From: Novakomyces olei
Taxonomy: Eukaryota
NCBI GenBank assembly: GCA_016906335.1
Contig: JADEYG010000007.1
Location: forward strand, 372,001 to 436,000
DNA length: 64,000 bases
Direction of reading: 5' to 3'
A program made the translations under genes and the position numbers. Shown here piece by piece: positions 36,075-46,766 of this stretch; the first letter of the stretch is position 1, and each line of letters begins with the position of its first letter. Under the pieces are notes generated by a model. That model was not told where the DNA came from and ran no database searches. It worked only from the letters and a program-made list of their open reading frames with translations.

Positions 36075-38468
36075 TCATAATGTCTCACCCTTGGGTCTTT
36101 TAGGTTGTGGTGTCGGCAAACTTGAGTTTCCTTCTCCACTTACGTCGAGAGAGTCTGCGCTTCGCTTCCCTTCGACCACAAGCTCACTCTTATTTTCAAA
36201 ACCTTCCTCGAGAAAATCATTAAGTTCCTTTTCGTCTGCAGAATTCAATGATTCCGCATCAGACCCGTTTTCCTCTTCCTCATATTCGCCACCAAGCGCT
36301 TCGTCGTCGCTGTAATAAGCAGTGACTTGTTCAGCACCTTGAGCTTCTGTCAGATTTTCGGATGTGCTCGTAATCTTGTTGCTTTTGTCCCAATCCATTT
36401 GAAGCTTGTCTTCTGCAAACTCTTGTGTAGCCTTGGCATTTTCATCGGCATCAAGATTATGATCAGAGTGAAATTCTTGCTCTACAGTCTCATTTCTCTG
36501 TTCACCAATATCTTCGGGCGATGCGGGCTCCTCCACGGAAGCCTTCTCATGCTTTCCGCTATCATCTGCGGAATCTTTCGTCTCTGTGTTTTCAACTGTA
36601 GCTCGATCATCAGATTCCACATTATCATCAGTCTTCAAATTATCAGTTTCTAAATTTTCACCTCGCAAAGCTGGCTCCTCAGCTACATAATCTAATTCCA
36701 CACTTGCTCTGCTTTCCGGACCATTTTGTTCATCATGCCCAATAGATGGATGATTTGATTCATTGTTAATATCTTCAGCCGAAGAAGAAGCTTGCTGGAT
36801 CTGATCTTCTTTCAAGGTATCATTGTCAAGTCCAACATTTTGACTATTGTCAAGATCTGTTTCAAGAATACTTTCTTGGGCGGTCGACTTTGGTAGTCCA
36901 TCGTACACTGGCGGGGTACCAGTAGCATTCTTATCGTCTGTTTCAGGGAGAGCACTTGCTTCAGTACTGGATTGTAGAGCAGTACTCTCTGAGCCATCTC
37001 TACCAACGTCTTGCACAGCCGGTTCTGGAGCCTTTTCTTCAGAAAGAGACTCAGCCTTGCCCAGATTCTCAACGGTACTAGAATCCTTGCTCACAGACTC
37101 CGTGGTGGAGGATTTGAGACCATTGTGAGTGGCTAGACCTGAGGCAGAAGCCGCGCCCTGATCTACTGATATATTCCCATCATCATTTTCCAAATTCTGA
37201 GCCTCTGGCTCGTTAGTCTCAAACTCCTCTTCATTCCGTTTCCCAACAAGAGCGTTGTAAGCGGTAATAAAACGCTTTTTCTGCTCTAGCCGCACCTCAA
37301 TAGCATCATGCATTTGAGAATTGCAGAGATCCAAAATATCAGACAAAGCTATGTCTCGACAATAACAGTTGTCCTCCGAAATCTCAAGGTCAAGTTCAGG
37401 AACAAGCACAACAATTTCTTGCTCCAAGGGCACATCTGCAAGCACTGTCTCCCGAAGCTGAATGAACATACTATCCAGAGATGCCGAATAAAGAGTATGT
37501 CCATCTTCCATCAATAAAGGCAATTGCTTTATAGCATCGGATACTAACAATGCCTTTTCCGGCTCTTTGCCAAAAACATTTACCTTCACCCCACGAGACT
37601 GTGCGCTGCTTAAAGTAGTTTGAGCCTCAATCTGTTCTGATTCAGGCAATTCTGTACCTGCCCGATCATTTTTATGTCCCTTTGTATCGACGTGTTCTCT
37701 GTCATCATCAATTTGCGCGGTTTCAGTCTGTAATCTACTCGAATCGACGGCAGAAACAGTTGACGAAGAATCTTGAGCTAAATTTGATATATTGCTTGTT
37801 TCATCCTCCTTTGCTTTCTCCGAGGCCGACAGTGCCGGCACAGTTGCAGACTCAATATCTGCATGCCCGGATGTCGAAAGATCCTTGGGACTTTTGGCTT
37901 TGATAGTTTTTGGCGGTGCTTGAGCTTCGTTTGATTCATCAACAATGTTGTATTCCTCAACTCTGTCTGACTCCCCAACTCTGCTTGATTCATCAATGAC
38001 ATTTGCCTCGTCAGCGTTTTTAGGTTCATCAACGTTGCTAGATCCATCAACGTTATTGGGGTCATCAGCGTTACGAGATTCATCAATATTAGCAGACCCA
38101 TCATTGTTAAACTCGTCAATATAATCAGTATCGTCAGCATTATTAGAAGCTTCGATATGCCTATCGGTGACGGGTGTTTCATTCCCATTGAGCTTTTCAA
38201 ATCCTTGCTGTGTATTTACAGCTGCATTATCATAGACAGACTCCGACTGTAGAGTATCAGGATCTTCATGCCGCTCGTTCATAGTCGTGCTATGCGCATC
38301 GGCCTCGTGAGACTCGCCGTCAGAAAACTCGACGTCCACATCCTCCACAACCTGACCATCTCCCATATTATCATCGTCTTGTTCCGCGTATGCCTGTCTT
38401 TCATACTCAGACATCTCCTGGTCTCCTTCGTCCATTTCGACTGTATTTAATGCCACAATTGACGCCAT
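36075..38468 (-). CDS. Highly acidic protein with central DUF2420 (Rmr1-like) domain
   Basis: 797-aa D/E-rich ORF. Folded core LDSMFIQLRE...PELDLEISEDNCYCRDIALSDILDL...RFITAYNAL, and a C-terminal NLS-like PKRPK. Confidence 0.6.
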   Translation of the reverse strand: MASIVALNTVEMDEGDQEMSEYERQAYAEQDDDNMGDGQVVEDVDVEFSDGESHEADAHSTTMNERHEDPDTLQSESVYDNAAVNTQQGFEKLNGNETPVTDRHIEASNNADDTDYIDEFNNDGSANIDESRNADDPNNVDGSSNVDEPKNADEANVIDESSRVGESDRVEEYNIVDESNEAQAPPKTIKAKSPKDLSTSGHADIESATVPALSASEKAKEDETSNISNLAQDSSSTVSAVDSSRLQTETAQIDDDREHVDTKGHKNDRAGTELPESEQIEAQTTLSSAQSRGVKVNVFGKEPEKALLVSDAIKQLPLLMEDGHTLYSASLDSMFIQLRETVLADVPLEQEIVVLVPELDLEISEDNCYCRDIALSDILDLCNSQMHDAIEVRLEQKKRFITAYNALVGKRNEEEFETNEPEAQNLENDDGNISVDQGAASASGLATHNGLKSSTTESVSKDSSTVENLGKAESLSEEKAPEPAVQDVGRDGSESTALQSSTEASALPETDDKNATGTPPVYDGLPKSTAQESILETDLDNSQNVGLDNDTLKEDQIQQASSSAEDINNESNHPSIGHDEQNGPESRASVELDYVAEEPALRGENLETDNLKTDDNVESDDRATVENTETKDSADDSGKHEKASVEEPASPEDIGEQRNETVEQEFHSDHNLDADENAKATQEFAEDKLQMDWDKSNKITSTSENLTEAQGAEQVTAYYSDDEALGGEYEEEENGSDAESLNSADEKELNDFLEEGFENKSELVVEGKRSADSLDVSGEGNSSLPTPQPKRPKGETL

Positions 38469-38985
38469 ACCCTCGAGTTCCTAGTCTTTCTACTATCTTT
38501 TGCAAACCAGTAAAAAGCTACAAACACTACACACGGCGCCTGCCCATTAAAGTGAAATCTGCAAACGCCAAAAGCTCGATACAGAGATAATCAAGACCGG
38601 CCTGACTCTGTCACAGCAAACAGACGTTTCCAGCCTGTCGATTCATTTGCTTATATTTACTTTGGTTCTCATATAATCATGTGCTTATAAAAAATACGTT
38701 GTAGGAAATGTAAACAGGGTTTTCCATACCTTCAGGGGATGGAATTAGGGTTTTTGCAGCCCGACATTATAACGCAGCACTAAGGATAAGAAGGCATTAT
38801 GATAAACAGAATAAAAGTACAATAGAACAGTACAGCGTGAATAAATACAACTAAAATACGAATATATACAATAATCATAATCAGAGCCGACTCGTGTACT
38901 TTGGCGGCTTACGCATCGTGTCACGGCCAATTGCTCGGGACATTTAGTAGAAAAGTCCAATTAGCAGCTCACGCACATCTCGAGC

Positions 38986-40753
38986 ATGGCTGTTTTGGCC
39001 GCGTCAATATGCACGCGGGGCGGAAAAGGTAAATATTTGTGCAAAACATAGAACAAAACTAACGTTTCTTAGTGGTGCTTTCGCGTCAGTTTGTCGAGAT
39101 TCCAAAATCCCGTATCGAGACAATGCTGGCGTCTTTCCCGCAGATAAAGGAGAAAGGCACACAGCATACTACAGTAGAGACGGAGCACGTGCGGTACGTA
39201 TATCAGCCATTGGAAGAGCTTTATATGGTGCTCGTGACGAACCGTCAATCCAACATCTTGCAGGATATTGGAACATTGAACTTGTTTTCACAAGTCGTTG
39301 CTAATCTTTGCCGTACTGTCGATGAGAAGGAAGTTTTCCGTAACGCTTATGATGTAATTTGCGCGTTTGACGAGATCATCACTATGGGCCATAGGGATGG
39401 GGCGAGTCTTTCCCAGATCAAGATATTTCTCGAGATGGACAGCCACGAGGAGAAAATCCAAGACATTATTTCAAGGGTAAGAAGGACACAGCAAAAGACG
39501 TGCAAAGAAGTATACAAGCACGGGTTCTTGGCAGAGAGGTTTCAATTATTTCAATTATTTAATTATTCAATTATTCAGTTATTTAATTATTTTTTTTTAT
39601 TTCTGTATCATTTTATTCGCTCTCCGTCGTCCTTGTGGATTACTATCTCTAACAACACCAGAACAAAGAACTCGAGGCCAGTGAAGAGCGCAAACGCCGT
39701 GCTCGACAGCTTGAACTGCAGCGTCGTGAAATGTCTCGTCGTAATGTCTCCTCTGGCCGTCTGCCGGTAGGCGGCAGTTTCGAGCCTTCTCGCCCTGCCT
39801 ATACTCCGGCGGCAGCTCCAGTTACGACTTTTAAAGACACTGCTCAGCAGGACAGTCGTACCGCCTCGAGAACGAGTGCTCCTTCAATGCTGCGTGGCAA
39901 AGGCATGCAGCTGGGCAAGAAAAAGCCAGCTGCCTCTGCAGTCTTTGAAACCCAGGCACAAGAGACTCCACTGCTCTCATCTGACCCTGCGGATCAAGAA
40001 GCAGGGGACAATGAAGAGCCAGGCCATTCTGGTACTACGGGCGAAATCGAGCTTACATTTAACGAGGCCTCAGTGGAGAAAGTGAACCGTGATGGTCAGA
40101 CGGAAGGCTGGGAGAGTAAAGGCGATGTGTCAATATTCATCTCGGATCCGAGTATAGCGCGGGTTGCGCTGCAGTTTAAGATTGATGACAAGAACGAGGT
40201 GCAGTACAAAACCCATCCGAACGTTGACAAGGAGCGATTCAAGACCAATTGGGTCGGACTTCGGGACACTTCACGCTCTTTCCCCGTAAACCAGTCGCTC
40301 GGAATCGTTCGTTGGCGGTTCGATTCCAAGGATTACAGCTCCGGAATAGTACTGAACGCTTGGCCCTCTGCGGAATCTGGCCGCTCTGAACTGACGCTAG
40401 AGTTTGATGCTTCAAACATTACTCAGCATGAGATTACTGATTTTGCCATTCGGATTGCCACCGGAACAGCCACTGATGTAGACGTTTCCGCTATCGATTG
40501 TGGGGATTTTGAGATTGGCGATGGGTTTGTTGAGTGGACTATTCCTGATATCGGCACTGTTGCCACTACTGGGTCCCTCGCCCTGTCTGTGGACGGCGAG
40601 GACACTGAGCAATTCTTCCCTATCGCTGCTTCTTACCGCGTACAAAAGCCGTTTTGTGCTATTGAGGCATTGGATATCTCGCTCGTGGACCTGCAGGAGT
40701 CTCTGCCGTTTGCCACCAGGGTCAACGTGACGGGTACAATAAAAATGGAGTAG
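38986..40753 (+). CDS. RET2: Coatomer subunit delta
   Basis: Three exons. MAVLAASICTRGGK, LSRQF, VRYVYQPLEELY, SNILQDI, EMDSHEEKI, KTHPNVDK and a mu-homology domain. Confidence 0.95.
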
Positions 40754-41328
40754 TAAGCATAGTGAATAATTCTGCGCCAAATATGAAGCATTTATTCATA
40801 CTAAATAGCGAAATGGTGGAGGCCGAGAGTGTAGAGGCTGTAACCTGGAAAAGTAGTGCCGTATTTACGTTTATACTGTCCCGTAGTTGTATCCAACCCG
40901 CCTCGTGTTACGGCAGCTATATTTGCTCAAGCGTATAGTGGCCAACGTCATTATCTTACAAGCTCGCTCATAAAGTAATGGCTATGAAACTCCGGGCATC
41001 AAAGTGCACATTGCGACAAAATAAATGTTGAGAGAAGGCAGCATTAGCACTGGGAACAAAAAGGACAAAGAGTAAAACAGATGAACAAATGAATCGAAGC
41101 CACCTAAAAGAAAATAATAGAATTAAAAAAATTAAAGATAGATCCACACTTGTAAAAAGCCAAAAAAATCAATTTAATCGAGAGCGAGTTTACTAAAACA
41201 CAAAAAGAGAAAAAGCAAAACAGAATGTACAATACTGATATAAAATGTATGCGAACTAACGCCATCCATCCATCCTCCCTCCGCAAAAAAAAAAAAGAGC
41301 AAGCTTTCGAAATGGTTTTAAACAGGCA

Positions 41329-42505
41329 TTACATTACCTCCCGAGGAGGAGCAGATGCAACATTTGACGCATGGTCTGATGCAACACTGTCCTCTGAATC
41401 AGACGCGTAGGATGGAGGCGAAGCTCGTATAGTAGAGAGCGATATATCGGTGCGTGAACGGTGTTTAAAAGTAGGACTGCGGCCGGAAACGCCAGCAGCA
41501 GTGTGAGGCGGGGTGTACGGACCTGGAGGCCCCATATGAATAGCAGACTCGAGCAAGATCGAGCCCTGCTCAGAGCCATAAGCTGGCGGTGGGCCTAAAG
41601 TACCGATAGTAGGAGCGAGCCCCCATTTTTTCACATTGGCTTCGATGAAAACAAACCCAGACTGTCCAAAGTTAACATGGACCTGGGAAGAGCCCTTGGA
41701 GCCAATAGTGGGAAACAAATTGAAGCGCGAAGGTAAGTAAGCCTCGTCAAATTTTTTCCCATTGTGCGTGAAAAAAACATAGCCAGTGCGAGGTCGATAG
41801 CCGCAGCCTACAACGTCACCCTGCCGGTACTGGACACCGTATGGCCGTGATTTGAAAGGCGATGAGATTCGACGTGATCCGTCAGAGATAAAGGCAATAG
41901 AGTGCTTATCCCACCCCGGCATTCGGAAGAGAGGGTACGGTTTCGTAGCTAGTCCAACTGCGATTACAGTATTATCAGGCATATCGAATATTTTTGCTTC
42001 CCAATAGTATGTCTCATTCTGTTTGGGCACAGGCAAATTTGTCTGCACACAGCATTCGCTGTCGTAAAAAGAAATCTCCGTTCTTCCCTCTACAAAACAG
42101 TTTGTGGATTCTAAATCGGGCTCGAATTCCCACGCGGAAACGCCCTTTTCTTGGATTGACATAAACTGCGAAAGACTGATATCGGTATTTGTGCTCTCGG
42201 GCGGATAAGATGCTTGGAAAGCTGCCGTTAGTCACTCTGCCTGAAGCCTTTAAATTATTGTTCATACCTTGAGCTCGTAAATACGAGTTTCGGGAAACTT
42301 CATCCATTTCTTCAAGTAGCTGCTGCCTCTCTGAGGAGGGCAAGTCCTCGCCATACTCGCTCCAGGAACGATCGCCAAGGAGCATAATCCGGCCATTTTG
42401 AAAGAGCCGGAAGTAATATGCTATAAGGAAGAGCCCGACTAAAAGCGCAGCGGCTCCGACGGCCACCGTCACCAGGATGATGATCTGTGCCGCCTTGTCG
42501 GCCAT
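41329..42505 (-). CDS. SSH4: Rsp5 adaptor Ssh4/Ear1-like SPRY-domain membrane protein
   Basis: N-terminal TM segment, one intron, IQEKGVSAWEF, GLATKPYPLFRMPGW, FIEANVKKWGLAP, and PY motifs PPAY and PPSY. Confidence 0.88.
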
Positions 42506-42647
42506 TGCTGTAGAGATTCTATCGGTTCGTAAACCCGTCAGTATGTACTAGACGGCCGCCGTCGCCGCTCAAGAGCATGTACAGATTGCGATTTAAATTG
42601 CCAGTGCGTGCAACAGGTGACTTGTATTATAAAAATTAAAATATACA

Positions 42648-42706
42648 ATAAATTATAAATTATAAATTATAAATTATAAATTATAAATTATAAATTATAA
42701 ATTGTA

Positions 42707-42752
<46 letters not shown>
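42648..42752. repeat. (AAATTAT)n and (ATT)n microsatellites
   Basis: Directly visible in the divergent promoter. Confidence 0.95.
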
Positions 42753-42755
<3 letters not shown>

Positions 42756-42766
42756 CGGTCTGGTCA

Positions 42767-43102
42767 ATGGACGCTTGGGACGCATGGGAGCGCAGTAGCG
42801 TTACCGAGACAAAAGCCAAGGACGCCGGCTCGGAAGCCGAGCGCAATCGTGCAACATGGAACAGTGCAAATAACACTGGACCTGCACCAATTATCGCTCC
42901 AGCGACAACCGGAGAGACGACTACAATGTACCGACCGCAGCTTAAATTATTGCGGAGACCTAAAGGCGATGACGAGGCAGATAATCGTCAAAATGGAGCG
43001 GACTCTAGTGGTCCGGGACCGGCGGCTCAGTTAAGTCCTCAGGACGCTTTGAAATTAAAGCAAAAACAGTACAACGAAGCGCGGAAACGACTCTTTGGAT
43101 GA
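42767..43102 (+). CDS. Small SUZ-domain protein (SZRD1-like)
   Basis: MDAWDAWE, WNSAN, YRPQLKLLRRP, KQKQYNEARKRLFG. Confidence 0.7.
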   Translation: MDAWDAWERSSVTETKAKDAGSEAERNRATWNSANNTGPAPIIAPATTGETTTMYRPQLKLLRRPKGDDEADNRQNGADSSGPGPAAQLSPQDALKLKQKQYNEARKRLFG

Positions 43103-43355
43103 GATAAGGGGGTTTATCAGTCTAAATACATACAACTTGTGTTCAAAATGCTTACAGTTAAATGAGATGGTATTCATTTTATTATCCGCTGCTGAATATC
43201 ATTATAAAAGTACAAATTTTCCTTCAGACAAGGGCTTGATTTTGTTTACTACATACACAGTGGAAGCTTGCGCTAGCATTCTAGTACCAAAAGTAGAAGA
43301 AAAAAAATAAAACAAGCCGTACAGAAAACAAAGGACCACAGGAAACACAGGGCGT

Positions 43356-46082
43356 TCAGTCTTCCGTCTTGAGCCTCTTTGCCGGTGGCAACAAGGTACT
43401 TGGAGTCTTCTCATGAACAAGATCTTGGTCAGTATTGGCACTCGCCCCTTCCAAGCTTTGTTTAGTCGCCTCGCCCAAGTCTGTATGGTCACCAGATTTA
43501 GTCTCGTCCAACTTGGAATCGCTATTCGCCATATCTCGTGGACTAGGCAAATTTGGGGTATCATTTTGCTGAGAAGTTTCGCCGCTATTGGCAGCGTCTT
43601 CGTTATTTACAGACTCATCGCTGTCCAATGAAACGTCACTTTCGCTGTCCTCTATATCCGACATTGGAACATCGTCATCTTCTTTTCTAGGTGACTCGCT
43701 GCTCTCCAGAGTTTGCTCTCTACGTTGCTGTCCTGTTCCAACAGGCTTTGGTTTTGCCAAAGCTTTTTCCAATTTTTTCTGCCGATTTTTATAGACCTTG
43801 TCCATGTATACGACTGCCCAATTTTTGATTTTGGCCTTTGTATCGTCAGTAAGATCTGGAGTAGTACGCTTGTTTCGTGTCTTTTCCTTTTCAACAAGAA
43901 TTCCAACAATCTGTTTAGCACGTTTACGAAATTCCTCTTTTCCCAGTCTTTCTTGGTATTTTGCAGTAGCGTTCGGGACGAAGCGAACCAGATTCATCTT
44001 GAAGCCATCGTATACCTTCTTTTGACTAGATTCTGATAATTTTGAAGAGGAGGGTTTGCTATGCGAAGACTTTGACTCGCGATTCTTATCTACATGTTGT
44101 GATGCTTCATCTGATGTCCTAAGTTTCCGCTGCTCACGTCGTTTTTTGTGTTCTTCCCGCTCTCGCTGCCGCTTTTCTTTCGATTCTTTTGCAAGTTGCT
44201 TTTTTTCCTCTACTGCTTTCCTTTCCTCCTCTTCTTTTTCTCGTAATTTTTGATTTGCTTCCTCAATGATCTTGCTCAAATCAACATTATTTGCGGGTTT
44301 TGCATTTCCTTTTGCCTCTTGCGGTGGCGCGTCACCTTCATTGGGGACTTCGTATTGAGCGTAGCCAGTTAGTTTATGCACATAAATGGGCCTGCCCATC
44401 TGGTCTCGGCTGTGCATCCAATCGTCTGGGATTTTGGGACGTGGCTTATACGGTTTGAAATTCTGCCGCTGCACAAACCGGCCATTCTTTTCATTTACGC
44501 CATTCTTTTGTTCCGATAAAGGCTTATCTGCTCGTGGAGAGCCGTCTTGACCCATTGGAGAATCTGCGTTAAACTCAACGTATTCAATAGACTTGTAATC
44601 AGCGGAATCAGACTGTAAACTTGCTTGAGGGCGCCGCGGGATACGATAGGCCATTTCAAGGCTACTCCATTCTTCCAAAAGTCCCTTTGCCAGCGATTGT
44701 ACATATTCGTTCTCACTCATGGACAAATCTCTGACCGTCGGCTCAATCTTTGCGCTGGAAATCTTGTTTCGCGTAAGCTTAGGCCATTTTTGCAACACCT
44801 CCAGTATCATTGTAGTAATTTCATCATCATCCTTCAAATCAGTTATCACAGTCCCCAAAATCTGGTAACCGTGAAGCTTCATAATCCTACGTTGAACAGC
44901 AGCATCATCACTAGCAACTAATCTCTGCACCAATTTGCGAATGACCCATCGCTCCTTGTTTTGCAATAAAACACCCATAATTTTAGTCACGCCCGCTTCA
45001 TCAACAGGGAGAGCCGGAAGACCGTAGAACACTTCAGAGTAGTCTTTGTTTTTACGAGCCATCTTTTTCAAAGCTTTGAAGGAAACATCACGACGGGCCT
45101 CCAATTCCGGAATACCAAGAGCCTCGTAAACGTTGTCAGGCATTTTGATACTCTCATCAGTCTGCGTCTTTCCACCAATGACTCCAACACAGTTCGGCTC
45201 GCCGCAATAACAGGCTTGGGGATTCGCACCGTAGCGGTCGACATTATAATCAAATGTCAGCTCTTCGCCTTTACGTATAAGTCTTTTGGCAAAGATTCCC
45301 ATTTTCAGCTTTGTGCCCACAACCCACTTATCTACATAGCAATTCGGGTTACACGAATGGTTGCAAAACCGTGCCAGGCAGCCCCGTTTTGTTGCGTCAA
45401 TAAATTCCCCCCGTTGCAGCATCATGAAATAAAAATGCTTTATTCCCTGCTTGTCGTACAGATCGAGTCTTGACCTGAATTTCGATTCATCAATCACCTC
45501 GCCAATGTATTCGTATATAAAAAGATTTTTGGGAAAGTCCTCCATTGCCCGCAGACCGTAACCCTTCATTTCTGTTAGAATTACATCAACATTGGCATAC
45601 TGCCTACGCTGAAACCGCTGATTTTGACATTTCTCGCCACAAAAACATTCACCACGCACACACTCAATAGAAGTCATTCTATTGATACAGTCGTTATCGG
45701 GACCACAGGCATGGTTAACGCCATCAACGAAATTTGGTTTACAGTCGCACGTCATAATCTCGCCCTGTGCTGCGTCCCCCAACTGCTTGTTTTGGTAGAT
45801 ACTTTTTTCAATCTCGTCAAACGAATTTAATGCATCTGCTTTGGCAGAAGGGTAATCATTATACAAAGGCGGGGATCGTGGACCCGATTTAAGCGAGGGC
45901 TTTTTTTCTTCTGCCTCATATTCTTCATCGTCTAATGGGAAAGCATCTATTTCTTCCTTCACCGATACTTGCTCTGATTTAACTTGCAAGTCACCGTTAT
46001 CTCTCCGCTTGGGCGGAGTGAGATCGTTTCCATCGCTCTCGCGAGGATCGGGTTTCTTCTCTTCCCACGCAATCTTCTCCAT
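43356..46082 (-). CDS. SET2: Histone H3K36 methyltransferase
   Basis: AWS domain (CINRMTSIEC...CQNQRFQ), SET domain (RFCNHSCNPN, ELTFDYN), post-SET (CYCGEPNC), WW-like and SRI-like regions. Confidence 0.95.
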   Translation of the reverse strand: MEKIAWEEKKPDPRESDGNDLTPPKRRDNGDLQVKSEQVSVKEEIDAFPLDDEEYEAEEKKPSLKSGPRSPPLYNDYPSAKADALNSFDEIEKSIYQNKQLGDAAQGEIMTCDCKPNFVDGVNHACGPDNDCINRMTSIECVRGECFCGEKCQNQRFQRRQYANVDVILTEMKGYGLRAMEDFPKNLFIYEYIGEVIDESKFRSRLDLYDKQGIKHFYFMMLQRGEFIDATKRGCLARFCNHSCNPNCYVDKWVVGTKLKMGIFAKRLIRKGEELTFDYNVDRYGANPQACYCGEPNCVGVIGGKTQTDESIKMPDNVYEALGIPELEARRDVSFKALKKMARKNKDYSEVFYGLPALPVDEAGVTKIMGVLLQNKERWVIRKLVQRLVASDDAAVQRRIMKLHGYQILGTVITDLKDDDEITTMILEVLQKWPKLTRNKISSAKIEPTVRDLSMSENEYVQSLAKGLLEEWSSLEMAYRIPRRPQASLQSDSADYKSIEYVEFNADSPMGQDGSPRADKPLSEQKNGVNEKNGRFVQRQNFKPYKPRPKIPDDWMHSRDQMGRPIYVHKLTGYAQYEVPNEGDAPPQEAKGNAKPANNVDLSKIIEEANQKLREKEEEERKAVEEKKQLAKESKEKRQREREEHKKRREQRKLRTSDEASQHVDKNRESKSSHSKPSSSKLSESSQKKVYDGFKMNLVRFVPNATAKYQERLGKEEFRKRAKQIVGILVEKEKTRNKRTTPDLTDDTKAKIKNWAVVYMDKVYKNRQKKLEKALAKPKPVGTGQQRREQTLESSESPRKEDDDVPMSDIEDSESDVSLDSDESVNNEDAANSGETSQQNDTPNLPSPRDMANSDSKLDETKSGDHTDLGEATKQSLEGASANTDQDLVHEKTPSTLLPPAKRLKTED

Positions 46083-46766
46083 ACAATCTGCTCTGCAAGT
46101 TATGAAAACGGCAGACAGAATCGAACACTCCTCACTCTATGGATGTGTGATTAGTATGGCTGCTCTACTCGTACGCTTAATTGCCCATACACTCGAAGCT
46201 TTGCCAGAGGGAAGAAAAAAAACGAGTATTATATCAGCATAAATGCGTATTCAAAGATCGGTAGGGGAAGACCGGGGGCAAAAAAGTATTTGAGCAAGAC
46301 CGCGTCCTCCCTTGAGCGAGATCCGTGTACAGGACTTTAATTTATAGATTTTCAGTGCCGAACTCCGCGATTGTAATACGGTGAAATCAAGGCAAGACCG
46401 ACATTTGTTGCAGAGAGCGTTGGTTGTGTCGAAAAAGCGAGACTTTTGCGAGCGAGAATAAGGAATATATACACAAGCAGGATATAATATTAATTAATAT
46501 AATAAACCATGAAAATAAACTGGGATTATTGTCGGCAAAATTGAATAATCTAAGTAAACCAAAATTGTTAATATATATATGTTACTTACATACAAACACA
46601 TGTATATATAAATATAAATACAAGATGTACTCCTATTTTTGTTGTGCAAGTCAGCAGTAGAGCGAGAAATACAAATGAGAAAAGCGAGGACAGGTATAGT
46701 GAAATAAAAGAGTTAAAAGACGAATGCTTTCTTTGTCACTTTAAAATCTATCAACGTAATGGCTTT